From: Podarcis cretensis
Lineage: Eukaryota
NCBI GenBank assembly: GCA_951804945.1
Contig: OX638157.1
Coordinates: 33,728,001-33,792,000 of the forward strand
Reading direction: 5' to 3'
DNA: 64,000 nucleotides
Below, in pieces: positions 51,659 to 64,000 of this stretch. Numbering within the stretch: position 1 is the stretch's first letter; every line of letters begins with the position of its first letter. The notes beneath the pieces are model-generated. The model was not told where the DNA came from. It saw nothing but the letters and a program-made list of their open reading frames with translations, and ran no database searches. Position numbers and translations under genes: made by a program.

Positions 51659-51989
51659 TTTATTTATACCCCGCCCATCTGGTTGGGCTTCCCCAGCTAC
51701 TCTAGGCGGCTTCCAAAAAAATATTAAAATACTGTAATACATCAAACATTAAAAGCTTCCCTAAACAGGGTTGCCTTCAGATGTCTTCTAGAAGTCTGGT
51801 AGTTGTTGTTCTCTTTGACATCTGGTGGGAGGGCGTTCCACAGGGAGGGCACCACTACCGAGAAGGCCCTCTGCCTGGTTCCCTGTAACTTGGCTTCTCG
51901 CAGTGAGGGAACCGCCAGAAGGCCCTCGGTGCTGGACCTCAGTGTCCGGGTAGAATGATGGGGGTGGAGACGCTCCTTCAGATATACTG
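51614..51989 (-). mobile_element. L2 LINE 3' end with (ATT)n tail
   Basis: ORF 51742-51999 (RTLRSS...RAFSVVVPSLWNALP...RRHLKATLFREAF) is the canonical L2 ORF2 C-terminus. An (AAT)n tract lies at 51614-51658. Confidence 0.92.
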
Positions 51990-54198
51990 AATCATGCATG
52001 GAAATGGGTCTAGGTCAATAGGGGAACCACCGGCAGTAGCCTAGTCACAGCTCCTGAACATAGGGTGGACTGCCCATATATCTGATGGATAGTACAGCAG
52101 CCTGTGGAGTACGAGACCCACAGAACGAGTGATGAGTCTATAGTACCTAAACTTGGTCCCATTCCCTCCAGTGAATACTCCTCTGTGATCTGTGCACTTG
52201 GTAGAAGATAGGTGGCATGCTAAGTTTTTAACATAATCCATTCATACCGGCACAAACACATATTTGTTTCCATGCACAACTTTTGATTGCTATTATTTTA
52301 ATGTATCAGCTATCTTTTGGTTTCAGACCATGCTAGCTTTTAATTCTGAGCAACTATTTTCATCTTCAGTGTTGCCAGCAGGAGATGAATAGCATTTAGG
52401 TGTTGCAGTAAACTCACAGTCAAATTACATAGCATAAACTGACAATAGCATTCAAATTACCTAGCTGGCTGGAATGTTGCAACTTGCCTAAATCACTTCC
52501 TTAATTCTTCTTAATAGCCCATCTAAAAATCTATTGCAAAGCAACTGAACTATTCAGCGTCAAACTTCATTAAACAAATACGCTAAAAAATTAAGCAATG
52601 ACAAAAGTTCTCAGTGACGTTCTCAAAGGGATACTAAGCTTAACACATAAATTGCTAATCTACCAAGCAGAAGAAAAACATCTGTCCGTATGGAAGTTAC
52701 TCCTTGTTAGTCAGTAGGTCATATTTTCAGGTTCAATTAAGCGGATGAAGCAAAAGACAATGCTGTCAATTTTAAGCAAAACACAGCTTGTTACATTGTC
52801 AGCCATTGGCAGGGTCTCATTATAGCTTTTGTTTACTTTCCTTGTACAGTACCTAGCACAAAATTCAATTCTGTAATAACCACCAAGTCAAGGTGCAAAC
52901 CTAATATAATATGGCCCACATAATTTGTTTCACTACATGAGCAGCAAAGGAAAAGGTGTTCAACTTTGACAATTACAATGCTTTCATTATTTCAGGGGTG
53001 TTGCTGAGAAGGTTCGTAATGCAGCCAGGAAATTATTTTACAATGATCAAAGGTATTATCAGATATATCTGTTGCGGATCTGTGTGTGGCAATATGCACT
53101 ATTGTTTTGTGTTCTAGTCATGCTAATCCATAATCTGTTGTTAGTGTACAAATATTTCCACACTTTACAGCATAAGGAGTTGACTGAGAAAAATATTCTT
53201 TATTTTCAGAATATTGTGCAGGGCTTCTAAAAAAACCCAAGAGACCTTGATAAATAATAACTGGGTTAGGAGAACAGACCATCTGTTATTTTGGGTTATC
53301 AAAGAATGGAATTCAGATGAGACTCTCATTTTTGCTCAATAATAGTTTAAAGTTAGCATTGGGTTGGGGGGTGGCTTGAGAGAGCAGTAAAATTCACAGA
53401 CTTACCTCTTAATGAAGTGTGAATCATGACATTTGTAACAAGATTTATTTATTTTTTAAAAAAAGGAAAACAAAACATATTTATATCACATTTGAATAAT
53501 GGCACTGATAAGAAAAAACTTTGCATCTATGGAGACAGTTCTGTTGCATTGTTAGCCTCTGCACCCTGAACACTGTCATGCTTGAGCAAACATTCAGTCC
53601 AAGCACATTCAGAGCCCTTGTCTACTAGCAAGGACTATTTATCAACTGTTATTTCCAACAACAGATTCATCCCATGGATGTCCAAGGCTGGAATCTGGGG
53701 GTCATCGCATGCAACTGGTTACAGCAGATTCAGCACAGACAAGAAGAGGTATCCTCCTTCATACAGCACATAGTCTGCTGCTATGAGATGTGGTGATGGT
53801 TACTAGCTTCAATGGCTTAAAGGGGGATTAAAATTTATGCTATACACTGAGTTGATGAGCCCACCTGTGCCAGGAACTGATCAGACCCAGACCTGCTGAA
53901 CTTTAGCAAAGCTGCTGCATTTTACGCCTTCAGACCATTCTCTGGGACCAATGTGTTCTCTCCCACTGTTAACTGTAGTAAAAGAAAAGTGCTTGTGGCA
54001 TGTACTCCATCGGCCACAGGCAGCAATGGCAGCATAGCATGAGTGGGGTTCTGACAGCATCTTCACTACGTCATCTTTGTTTTGCAAACAAAACAAATAA
54101 ATCACTTTCTTTCCCCATTTTGGCTTTGCTTAGCATATCAAAGTTCAATGAGTGCATTTCTTTAGACAGTCCAGTGACAAATCCCACTCAGTAAATTA

Positions 54199-54428
54199 GT
54201 ATTTTTCGCTCTATAAGACGCACAGACCATAAGACGCACCTAGTTTTTGGAGGAAGAAAACAAGAAAAAAAATATTCTGAATCTCATAAGCCAGAACAGC
54301 AAGAGGGATCGCTGTGCAATGAAAGCAGCGATTCCTCTTGCTGTTCTGGCTTTTGTGATAGCTGCGCAGCCTGCATTCATTCCATAAGATGCACACACAT
54401 TTCCCCTTACTCTTTAGGAGGGATACGG
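54199..54428. mobile_element. Tc1/mariner (Tc2-like) MITE remnant
   Basis: GTATTTTTCGCTCTATAAGACGCAC with a repeated ATAAGACGCAC motif and right end ATACGG|TA. Confidence 0.65.
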
Positions 54429-55389
54429 TATATTATTCTTCCAGTGATTAGGTGGTGCCATGTTTAATGTTGTCTGTTAACTATTCCATTACTGGATACT
54501 TGGAAGTGATCATCATATAGACAATGCCTGTTGCAACATTTAAAAAGTCTCATTGAAGTTCTGCAAAATGGAAAGATTGTTTTGTTTCCAGTTAAACAAG
54601 ATAATTCTATTGAGAGAAATAAGTAACAACGTGTTACAAAATGAGACCTCTCATGGCCTAAATTAAAAATATAAAGGCTGAACGATGCCTGAGTATTCTT
54701 ACATAACTTGATGAGGAAGCAGAATTCTATACAATTAAGTATACATGCAATTTATAAACAACAGCATCTCTCCTCATAAATCTGCAAGGGCAAGAACATA
54801 AGGCCTGAAACTATTTCAGTACCAGTGTTAATTGGTCTAATGTTTACTGCAATATTTTTAAAAATGACCTTTTAAAAAAATGGTAGAGGTGTTCAGCGCC
54901 ATACATTTTTATTACACACACTCCATTAGAACAGATGGAGTTCTTGCTATTTCAGAAGTCTTTTTGATTACGAATTTCATTTTGGTAAATTAAGTTAACA
55001 AATCATCAGGGGAGGGGATGGATAATGTTTAGAGAAAGTGACTGAATTATGGGAAAACAGGGGCATGGGTGAGGAAGAGTCATGAGCTCAGTTTATAGCA
55101 CAGTAATATATCATAAGGAAGGTACAATGCTAGGGTGCAATGCTATTTAAAAATAATAATAGAGTAAAATGGATTAAACTACATTTGACAATTTGAAATG
55201 GATTTGTTCAAAAAAGAAAGAAAGCTTTGTTGCTAAGGAACTACAAATAATTAGGTAAGTTTACTAAACAAATTTGCTCAATTTTCATTCTATTGACCAA
55301 AAAAGGAAGTATATAACTACTTTGTATCATCAGGTGCTCTTTTCGAATGACAGTTCTGTTGCTGAAGACAGCTACAACAACACACTGGT

Positions 55390-55660
55390 GGTTTTTGTTG
55401 TTGTTAGAATCCATCTATTTCTGGAGACAATGGAAGAATGTGCCTTGGGGGGGGGTAAAGTCCCCCAAGGCACATTCTTCTTCTCTCTGTTGGAGAGTTA
55501 CAGCACCTGCTGTGGCTGTAGAGACTGATATAGGAGAGACATGTTTTCTTGCAGGTGGATCAGATGAAGTCACCTGGTTTTGCTATATTGGGTGCATCAT
55601 GACATTTCTTCTCTCTGCGCTCTTCCCAGTGGTCATTCCTCCTCTGGTCACTGCTGTGGA
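55390..55660 (-). mobile_element. RTE-clade LINE 3' fragment
   Basis: (CAA)n tail. The minus strand encodes a degenerate C-terminal zinc-finger-like FI..CKKTCLSYISLYSHSRC. Confidence 0.65.
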
Positions 55661-57064
55661 TACACAACCTGACTGTATTGCACTTATATCACTTCATTTT
55701 CCTCCACTTGAATTTTGTACATTTGATGACTGATAGCAGAATATGTGGCATGACTCATAGTATTATGCTAAGATGATATGAAAATTATCCAGTTTTGTAT
55801 TTGTGGTGTCCCACTCCCACTCACTCTATCTAAGGGTAAAAGATATATTTTCCATTTAAGGAAAATGTCAGCAGGGAGAGAGAACAGCCTTGCAAAATTG
55901 AATCTTATGTATCTAGCTTAAGTAAAACACAAGAATCGTGAAGTGGAGGGGGAGCTCTTTCATGACTTGTAGGTCCAGCTTGTAATGAGAAGAATTTTCC
56001 TTACACCACCTTTTTGCCAGCTTAGTTCTGTCAGGTCAGTAGGTCACATGATAGAGCTGAAAGGGTTTGGAATATGTATAAGTCTCTCCTTGCTCTGTCC
56101 CAGCACCAGCATGACCCTGCCACACATTTAAAACACCCCTGGGGGGGGGGGGACGACTGGCATTACCTTAAATTCCACTGGTTCAGCCAGGGTGAAGAAT
56201 TTACAATTTGTGAGTACTGACTGAGCCGGAAAAGGCCAAGGTTCACCAAATCCAATCTCTCTCATTCTGGTGGATTTTGAGTTTTGAATGTTTTGTTAGT
56301 TCTTAAGGAAGCTAGAATAGATACTGCTTTTACTGTGCATCCCCATCTACACTTGCACACAAATGTACATGTGTATGCAACTGACATGTCTGAGTCTTTA
56401 GCTAAGGGTCCCTGTGCACCATGAGGCAGATTACATGAAGGGGAGTTAGAAGTCAAAGAAAATGCTGGAGCTTGGAGTAAAAACTAAATGCAGTTTATTG
56501 GGTGGAAGTTCCTAACTTTGATAGCTGCTAGTGGCTAAGTACTTATAAATATGTTTGCTGCTGGGGATATCAGTGTTTCAGGTATGCAGTGTCCTCAGTC
56601 TGGGCTTTTGAAATGTCTGAATAGTGGGCACAACTTGGGCAATTTGACTGAACTAGAAACCAGGCATCTGCATATTCTGGGGTTATTGAGCTTCTTTGCA
56701 TAATTGGCAAGAACTACTCCTGAAGTTAAAGGTTGGTCTTTGTCCTGGTTCTCTAAGACATCATTTAGTTTATATTCCCTAGTCACAATGGAGCTTCTTA
56801 GGGACAAGATGTTGGGGCATAGTTAAAACTGTGCTAAGTGGGAATCAGGGTGTCTTATAACCCTTTTTACAATGCTGCTCCTTGTGATTGATGTTGGCTC
56901 CTCATCTGCATTGTTCCAGCCATGCTCATGTCTTGTAAATTTCTTTTCAATAAAAGGGAGAAAGAGGCTATTTCCTCTCTGGCAACACTTTACCATTACC
57001 ATTACCATTTGTTTCCCTTCTATTCCATCCTTATTGTCAACCCCTGACTGCTGCTGAGAGTGAC

Positions 57065-57250
57065 CATAGCTTACCAGTATTGTGTGTGCTTTGCATACAG
57101 AAGATCCTATGTTCCCTCCTGGAGCCTAATTTAAAAGGTTCAGGGAAAAATTGCTGGCATTCTTGGGAAACTGCTGCCAATCAGAGTATATTATACTAGG
57201 CTAAACTGACAAATAATTTGATCCACTATAAGCCAGCCTCTTATGTTCCT
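57065..57250 (+). mobile_element. Degenerate Squam2-like SINE
   Basis: CATAGCT...TGCTTTGCATACAGAAG...CTGCTGCCAATCAGAGTA...TATAAGCCAGCCTCTTATGTTCCT. Confidence 0.55.
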
Positions 57251-60200
57251 CTTCTCCACCTAATATACATTGTAAAGGCTCTGGTTTGACATCTGTGTTC
57301 TTTAAAGTGCCTAGCATCCTGTTGAAACTCAACAAATATTAAATATTATTTGTCCTGTTAAATAATCAGCTGTAATTACTTTACAGTTGTAGTCTGCAGG
57401 ATTTGCCAGAAGAAACTTGGATCAGAGTCACATTAGGCTTATTAAAATGTAAAGGTTCTACAGCAAAGATATTAACATTATGTATGGAAGGAATTAGTGG
57501 CTAGACTTCATTTATTGTAGTTAGTTGGGTGTTGGCTGGAAGAGCTGCGGGTGTTAATTTTATCTTAATGCATGTGAAATGTTTGGATAACCACCAGCAG
57601 CTACTAATAGCTGAAACCATAATGCTGTGAACATTTCTCACAGCCGCACCCTTTTGAAAATGTTAGTAAAGAACTTGGTGAAATCCTTGAAGTATGTGGG
57701 AGTTTCCAGTTTGTTGTCATCCAAGGAATGAAACCTCCTTCATGTTAGCTGCCATGAGACTGTATTTAACAATACGGTTCTCTATCACTAATATAAAGGG
57801 AGAATTTTCAATGAAGCCAGTGCAGATTCTAACTGGAGGGGAAGTGGTATCTATGATGGTTTGTTTTATTATTCTGGTGGAATAATTCTATGATGCTAAA
57901 TTCTTTGACAGTGCAATTTTATTATGGGCAGCTGGTGTAAATGGCCATACCTTCATGCCCATTTACTGCAGCTGAGGACCTCATCCGGCATGTTATGCAC
58001 ATTAGGAGGGAAAGATTTGCAATTCCATTCCTGAATATTGCTGGTTATTTGAAAACTCTTTTTAAAAGTGTATGTTTTATAGCATATATTTTCTCCTTTG
58101 ACTCAAAATTGCTGCACTGATCATTCTTCACTATTTCTGCCTATCCTGTTGACACACTATTAAGGATACACCCATCCATCATGCAGAGATACACCCAAGC
58201 ACTTCTCATGTGGTATGTCTGGTGCATTGGTACTAAACCCAGAGTATGAAAATATACTCCCTAAGGAAAAATAAGGTACCCTCTTAAGTAGTTTTGTGCA
58301 ACATATTCCCTGAATATATTAATTCCTGAAGGGTAAAGTGTGCTGTTGTAGCCAAAACATCAACAGAATCCTATGGCACCTTTAAGACCAACAAATTCAT
58401 GCACTACTACATAAAAAGATTAGAGAGGACATTGCATCTAAAAGGATGGGAAGAAAACCAGTTTTACCCAGTAGGACTGAAAAACAAAGTGGAAGAGTCA
58501 GCAATACATGTTTCCTCACAATCCTATACAGACTCAAGATAAATGGGAGTCAAGAATAGACCTGTTCCACTCCTACAATAATCAGATAATACAGTTTACC
58601 CCCAACTAGTGACTATACTAGAGGTACAAATTGGATTTGGATGAATTCTGCATCCTGAGCCAAAGCAAGATACTTTGCAGATATTTTATCAGAAGCAAAT
58701 TGGAATCTGCACAAGTACAAGAAAGGGCCCCTGAACTGTTTCGCGGCACCTTGACAGACCAGACTTTTAAAAAATAAAGTGGAAGTAAGTGTCTGCTGAA
58801 AATGAAAGTAATATCTCTAAGCTTACCATAAAGTTGGGAAGGGATGAAGCAAACACCAGAATGGGAAGGGGGCATGGAGAAAGAGCTCCATTGTAAGTCT
58901 AATTTGTAATCAGAGAGAAAGATATTGCCAGCACTCTCTAGCACTGATCGAAAATGACCAACTTCTAGAACTCTTAGAATAAGTAGAACAGATATTTGGT
59001 GAATTCTTGATATTTCAATCATAAGAAAGATATACAAATCACCTGGTAACTTTCTACTTATTAATAGCACATAATGCACTCTTTTCCCTTTGAGATGCCA
59101 GCCTGTATTCTCAATACAACCCCCCCTTAAAGTGTTTGCTCCTCCTTCACTCCATTTTTGTTTTGTAGCATTCCAATGAGAACATCATCCATCTGGAATG
59201 TCCATGCCAGATCTTGTATGGCAAGATAAGCACAATCAGATTTATTGCTTAGGCATAATGACTGTCATAAAGCAACATTTTATTTACGCAAGATAAAGTG
59301 TGGTGAAACATGCAGTTGGGTTTGATTTCAATAGAACAGTCAAGATTTTCAGGAAGCACGAGTGTGCTGTTGTGATGTCATTGATAAATACCAGTAGATA
59401 GATTAATGTCACTTTGAAGCTACATTTAGCAAGTGCTGATGTTGAGGAGAAACAGCTTCCTACATTCGGAAGTTTAATAAAGTTGTGGCCTAATTTTAAT
59501 TCCATATACGTTGTCAGAGTCTTTATTCCTTCCTTGTGATCCCTGGGGGCTGGGGCTGTCACCGCCTGGTCGCGCAAAAGTATTTCTACAGAGAAGCAAA
59601 GAAAACACAAGCTTAGCTGCCAGATGTCCTTATAGGCAAAAACTATATTCATTAATACCTAGAACGAACTAAGACTGCTTGAGCTGTGCTTGCATCATGA
59701 ACATGTTCTTTTCTACTAAGACAAAACTCCCAGTGTCCTGGAGACATCCAAGGTCAGACCACTGGCACTAGCTGGACTTGATTGTCACCAGGCAATCAGC
59801 ACTTAACTGTATTTGTGTCACATAGACCTACCACAGTGCCAACTGCAACACAGATCACTCCCTGGTGGTAAGAAAGAGCCATCTCCAGTCAGAGAGGGTG
59901 CATAGCAAATAGCAGAAAGTACAGACTTGAATCAACACTGTGACAACTGTCATATTTGAACTCTGTTAATGCTCCTCTGATTCTGCCAAACTGAACTGCT
60001 CCAGATATAGCGTCACCGTAAGGTTGAACCTCAAAAAGGAGGGAATCTAAAACACAGCTATGTCCGCCTTTGGCCAAAAAGAGCAGCAGATCCCTGACTG
60101 GTTTGAGGCTGGGAAAAAGAACATTGATGCAAAGCGCAAGGCTCTTGTGAACTACAAGCATGCACCCTGCAAAAATACATTTGCTACACTGAGAAAGGCA

Positions 60201-60812
60201 AGGAGTGATGCCCAGTGGGTTGCCAGATGATGTGCCAATGACTACTGGCTAAAGCTGTGTGAGAACACTCAACTCGCTGCTGATGCTGGCAATACTCACA
60301 AAATGTACAAAGGCATGAAGAAAGCCTTTGGACGAACAGTCAGAAAAACTGCACCCCTGAAAACATGAAAGCTGGCTTCAATTCCTTTCTCATGGCATGC
60401 CTCCATGGCCTACTCTTGTCGTGTTGGGAAGAAGGATCTCTGCCACAAGACATGCACAACTCCAGCATTGTGACCCTCTGCAAGAACAAAGGTAACTGCC
60501 ATGATTGTAACAACTACTGTGGAATCTCCCTGCTGAGTGGGTAAAGCCTTTGCCCATGTATTTTTCAAGAGATTACAGTTGCTCACTGACAGGATCTATC
60601 CTGAGTCACAATGCAGCTTTAGATCTCAGAGGTCAACAGTCTACATGATTTTCTTGCTGCGTCAGCTGCAGGAGAAATGCCAACAGCAGAGCTGTCCTTT
60701 TTACATCGCCTTCATAGACCTGATGAAGTACTTTAACCTCATCAGCCATAAAGGACTCTTCACTTCTCAACAAGACAGGGTGCCCCCCTAAACTTCACAA
60801 TATTATTGTGTC

Positions 60813-63034
60813 ATAGAATCATAGAATCATAGAATCATAGAATCATAGAGTTGGAAAGAGACCACAAGGGCCATCGAGTCCAACCCCCTGCCAAGCAGGA
60901 AACACCATCAGAGTACTCCTGACATATGGTCGTCAAGCCTCTGCTTAAAGACCTCCAAAGAAGGAGACTCCACCACACTCCTTGGCAGCGAATTCCACTG
61001 TCGAACAGCTCTCACTGTCAGGAAGTTCCTCCTAATGTTTAGGTGGAATCTTTTTTCTTGTAGTTTGGAACCATTGCTCCGTGTCCGCTTCTCTGGAGCA
61101 GCAGAAAACAACCTTTCTCCCTCCTCTATGTGACATCCTTTTATATATTTGAACATGGCTATCATATCACCCCTTAACCTCCTCTTCTCCAGGCTAAACA
61201 TGCCCAGCTCCCTTAGCCGTTCTTCATAAGGCATCGTTTCCAGGCCTTTGACCATTTTGGTTGCCCTCCTCTGGACACGTTCCAGTTTGTCAGTGTCCTT
61301 CTTGAACTGTGGTGCCCAGAACTGGACACAGTACTCCAGGTGAGGTCTGACCAGAGCAGAATACAGTGGCACTATTACTTCCCTTGATCTAGATGCTATA
61401 CTCCTATTGATGCAGCCCAGAATTGCATTGGCTTTTTTAGCTGCCGCGTTACACTGTTGGCTCATGTCAAGTTTGTGGTCAACCAAGACTCCTAGATCCT
61501 TTTCACATGTACTGCTCTCAAGCCAGGTGTCACCCATCTTGTATTTGTGCCTCTCATTTTTTTTGCCCAAGTGCAATACTTTACATTTCTCCCTGTTAAA
61601 ATTCATCTTGTTTGTTTTGGCCCAGTTCTCTAATCTGTCAAGGTCGTTTTGAAGTGTGATCCTGTCCTCTGGGGTGTTAGCCACCCCTCCCAGTTTGGTG
61701 TCATCTGCAAATTTGATCAGGATGCCCTTGAGTTCATCATCCAAGTCGTTGATAAAGATGTTGAATAAGACCGGGCCCAAGACAGAACCCTGTGGCACCC
61801 CACTAGTCACTCTTCTCCAGGATGAAGAGGAACCATTGATGAGCACCCTTTGGGTTCGGTCAGTCAGCCAGTTACAAATCCACTGAGTGGTAGCATAGTC
61901 AAGTCCGCATTTTACCAGCTTCTTTACAAGAATATCATGGGGCACCTTGTCAAATGCCTTGCTGAAATCAAGGTAGACTACATCCGCTGCGTTCCCTTCA
62001 TCTACCAGGCTTGTAATTCTGTCAAAAAACGAGATCAGGTTAGTCTGACATGACTTATTTTTCAGAAATCCATGCTGACTATTGGTGATCACAGTATTCC
62101 TTTCTAGGTGCTCACAGACTGTTTGCTTAATGATCTGCTCCAGAATCTTCCCTGGTATTGATGTCAGACTGACTGGGCGGTAATTATTTGGGTCCTCTCT
62201 TTTCCCCTTTTTGAAAATAGGGACAACATTTGCCCTCCTCCAGTCTGCTGGGACTTCGCCTGTTCTCCAGGAATTCTCAAAGATGACTGCCAGTGGTTCT
62301 GAGATCACATCTGCCAGTTCTTTTAATACTCTTGGATGCAGTTCATCTGGCCCTGGAGACTTGAATACATCTAAACTAGCCAAGTATTCTTGTACTATCT
62401 CCTTAGTTATTCTGGGCTGTGTTTCCTCTGCTGAATCATTTGCTCCAAATTCTTCAGGTCGGGCATTGTTTTCTTTATCGGAGAAGACTGAGGCAAAGAA
62501 GGCATTGAGGAGTTCAGCCCTTTCTGTGTCCCCTGTTTGCATTTCACCATCTTCTCCTCTGAGTGACCCCACTGTTTCTTTGTTCTTCCTTTTGCTATGA
62601 ACATACCCATAAAAGCCTTTTTTTGTTTCTTTTAACCTCTCTAGCAAGCCTGAGTTCATTCTGTGCTTTAGCTTTTCTGACTTTGTGTCTACACGTGCTG
62701 GCTATTTGTTTGAATTCCTCTTTGGTGGTTTCCCCCCTTTTCCATTTTTTGTACACATCCTTTTTTAATCTTAACTCAGTTAAAAGTTCTTTAGATAGCC
62801 ACCCTGGCTTCTTTAGGCACCTTCCATGTTTCCGTCTCATTGGTATTGCCTGAAGTTGTGCTTTTACTATTTCCCTCTTAACAAACTCCCAGCCATCATG
62901 AACTCCCTTTCCTTTTAGTATTACTGTCCATGGGATCTCACCCAGCACTTCCCTAAGTTTTATGAAGTCGGCTTTCTTAAAGTCACTTCCCTAAGCACTT
63001 CCCTAAGTTTTATGAAGTCGGCTTTCTTAAAGTC
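60813..63034 (-). mobile_element. Young 5'-truncated CR1 LINE (2.2 kb)
   Basis: (TTCTATGA)n tail and a long RT ORF. Perfect 7-bp TSD TTGTGTC at 60806-60812 and 63035-63041. Confidence 0.97.
60908..62948 (-). pseudogene. CR1 ORF2 fragment (full RT domain, no endonuclease), one frameshift in the A-run near 62620
   Basis: Track ORFs 62595-62948 and 60908-62659 join as ...[15 protein letters not shown].... Motifs [23 protein letters not shown] and FADD are present. Confidence 0.9.
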
Positions 63035-64000
63035 TTGTGTCCTTCCACAAGAACATGTGTGGCACCATCAAGTAGGTCAGCTCATCCTCTAAAACCTTCG
63101 CTATAAAGGTGTGGAACAGGGCTGGGTTCTTGTCCCAGCTCTCTTTGGCATATTCATTTCCCTGCTGCTCTCATATGCCTTCAGCTCAACTGAAGACGGT
63201 GTGTCCATCCATTCAAGGAGTGACGGGGGTCTGTTCAACCTGGCATGTCTCCGTGTCAAAACAAAAGTGAGAGATGCAGATAGCACCTGCTCATTTTAGT
63301 AGATGTAAACTATTATTCTAGCAGAGAAGTGAAACTTGTGAAAGCAGATGCTGCAACAGAGGTTGCACAAGTTTGCAGCAATTTGAATTAAATCTCTGGA
63401 GGAGGGTTTCTACACTCTGGTATATCAAGGCTCTGTTCCTTTCCCCCACTCCTTTGTTGAGCATATGGTCTTTTTGCCTGGGGCTTATTGTCAGTACTGT
63501 CACCAGGGGAATGGAATTCTGCTGTATGGCTAGGTAACAAATACTGGATTATCTCCAGAAATATTTAAAGAGTGGAGAAGTCTTTAGGGAGGCCAGATAC
63601 AATAATGGTTACAATCCTTGTGAAACATTTTCCTACCATACTTGGATACCACAACTATTTTAACCATGGCTGGACTGAAACATCTGGAGGCCCATACAAT
63701 ATCTTGTAATATCACAAGACATGGTATAGTGTTTCCCTTTTCACATGACTCAGAGCAGCAATCAGTTGATGGGGACTCAAAATGTTTATGGAATACCCTT
63801 TGTATGGCTGCTATTCAGATTAGACTGTGCTCTGAGCTATGAAGAGCTTTGAGAATAGTTGTGTGGCCAAGCTCCCTCTATGCAGACATGCCCTCTGGTA
63901 ATTTCACTACAGCGAGGGACACTGCAAATCTGGGGAAATAAATCTCTAAAACATACTTAGCCTGCCTGTCTCTTACTTAAGTAGCATTTTTCATTTTGGG

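Larger units (their letters stand above)
59660..63275 (+). mobile_element. Old RTE-clade LINE (endonuclease to RT, degenerate), split by a young CR1
   Basis: VSWRHPRSDHWH.LDLIVTR (APE domain), GKAFAHVFFKRLQLLTDRIYPESQCSFRSQRST...LQEKC...FIDL, then after the CR1 SFHKNM...GVEQGWVLVPALFGIF. Multiple stops and frameshifts. Confidence 0.88.

Noticed and set aside
52020-52241. GC-balanced stretch with a 66-aa minus-strand ORF, considered as a retrocopy
   Set aside because: No recognisable protein, poly(A) tail or TSD.
60811-60850. (TCATAGAA)n array as a CRISPR or satellite
   Set aside because: It is the CR1 3' octamer tail. There are no spacers and the context is eukaryotic.
1-64000. Remaining 60-160 aa ORFs, and the idea of a new multi-gene system
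   Set aside because: They lack domains or splice context, or are antisense or alternate frames of TEs. Nothing in the window supports an operon-like or novel coding system.

Overview
Vertebrate non-coding DNA (AT-rich, CpG-depleted outside young repeats), probably from a large intron or gene desert. The repeat content (Sauria/Squam1, Squam2-like and Squam3-like SINEs, CR1 with a (TTCTATGA)n tail, L2, L1, RTE, Penelope-like, hAT and Tc1/mariner MITEs) indicates a squamate reptile, most likely a lacertid lizard (inference). No host protein-coding gene could be identified. All long ORFs are retrotransposon reverse-transcriptase fragments, and only two small candidate spliced exons (13416-13443 and 25517-25580) are visible. 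The most notable items are a TSD-flanked Penelope-like insertion carrying hammerhead-ribozyme motifs (one intact core, one G5A-type mutant), a heavily deleted Ty1/Copia provirus, three near-identical young CR1 copies with unusual 5' junctions, an ORF-less RTE derivative, an inverted pair of young Sauria SINEs flanking a candidate exon, a ~230-bp palindrome, and several TE-free motif-rich blocks that look like conserved non-coding elements. I see no convincing previously undescribed biological system. Repeat family names were assigned from recalled consensus features, not from a database search.
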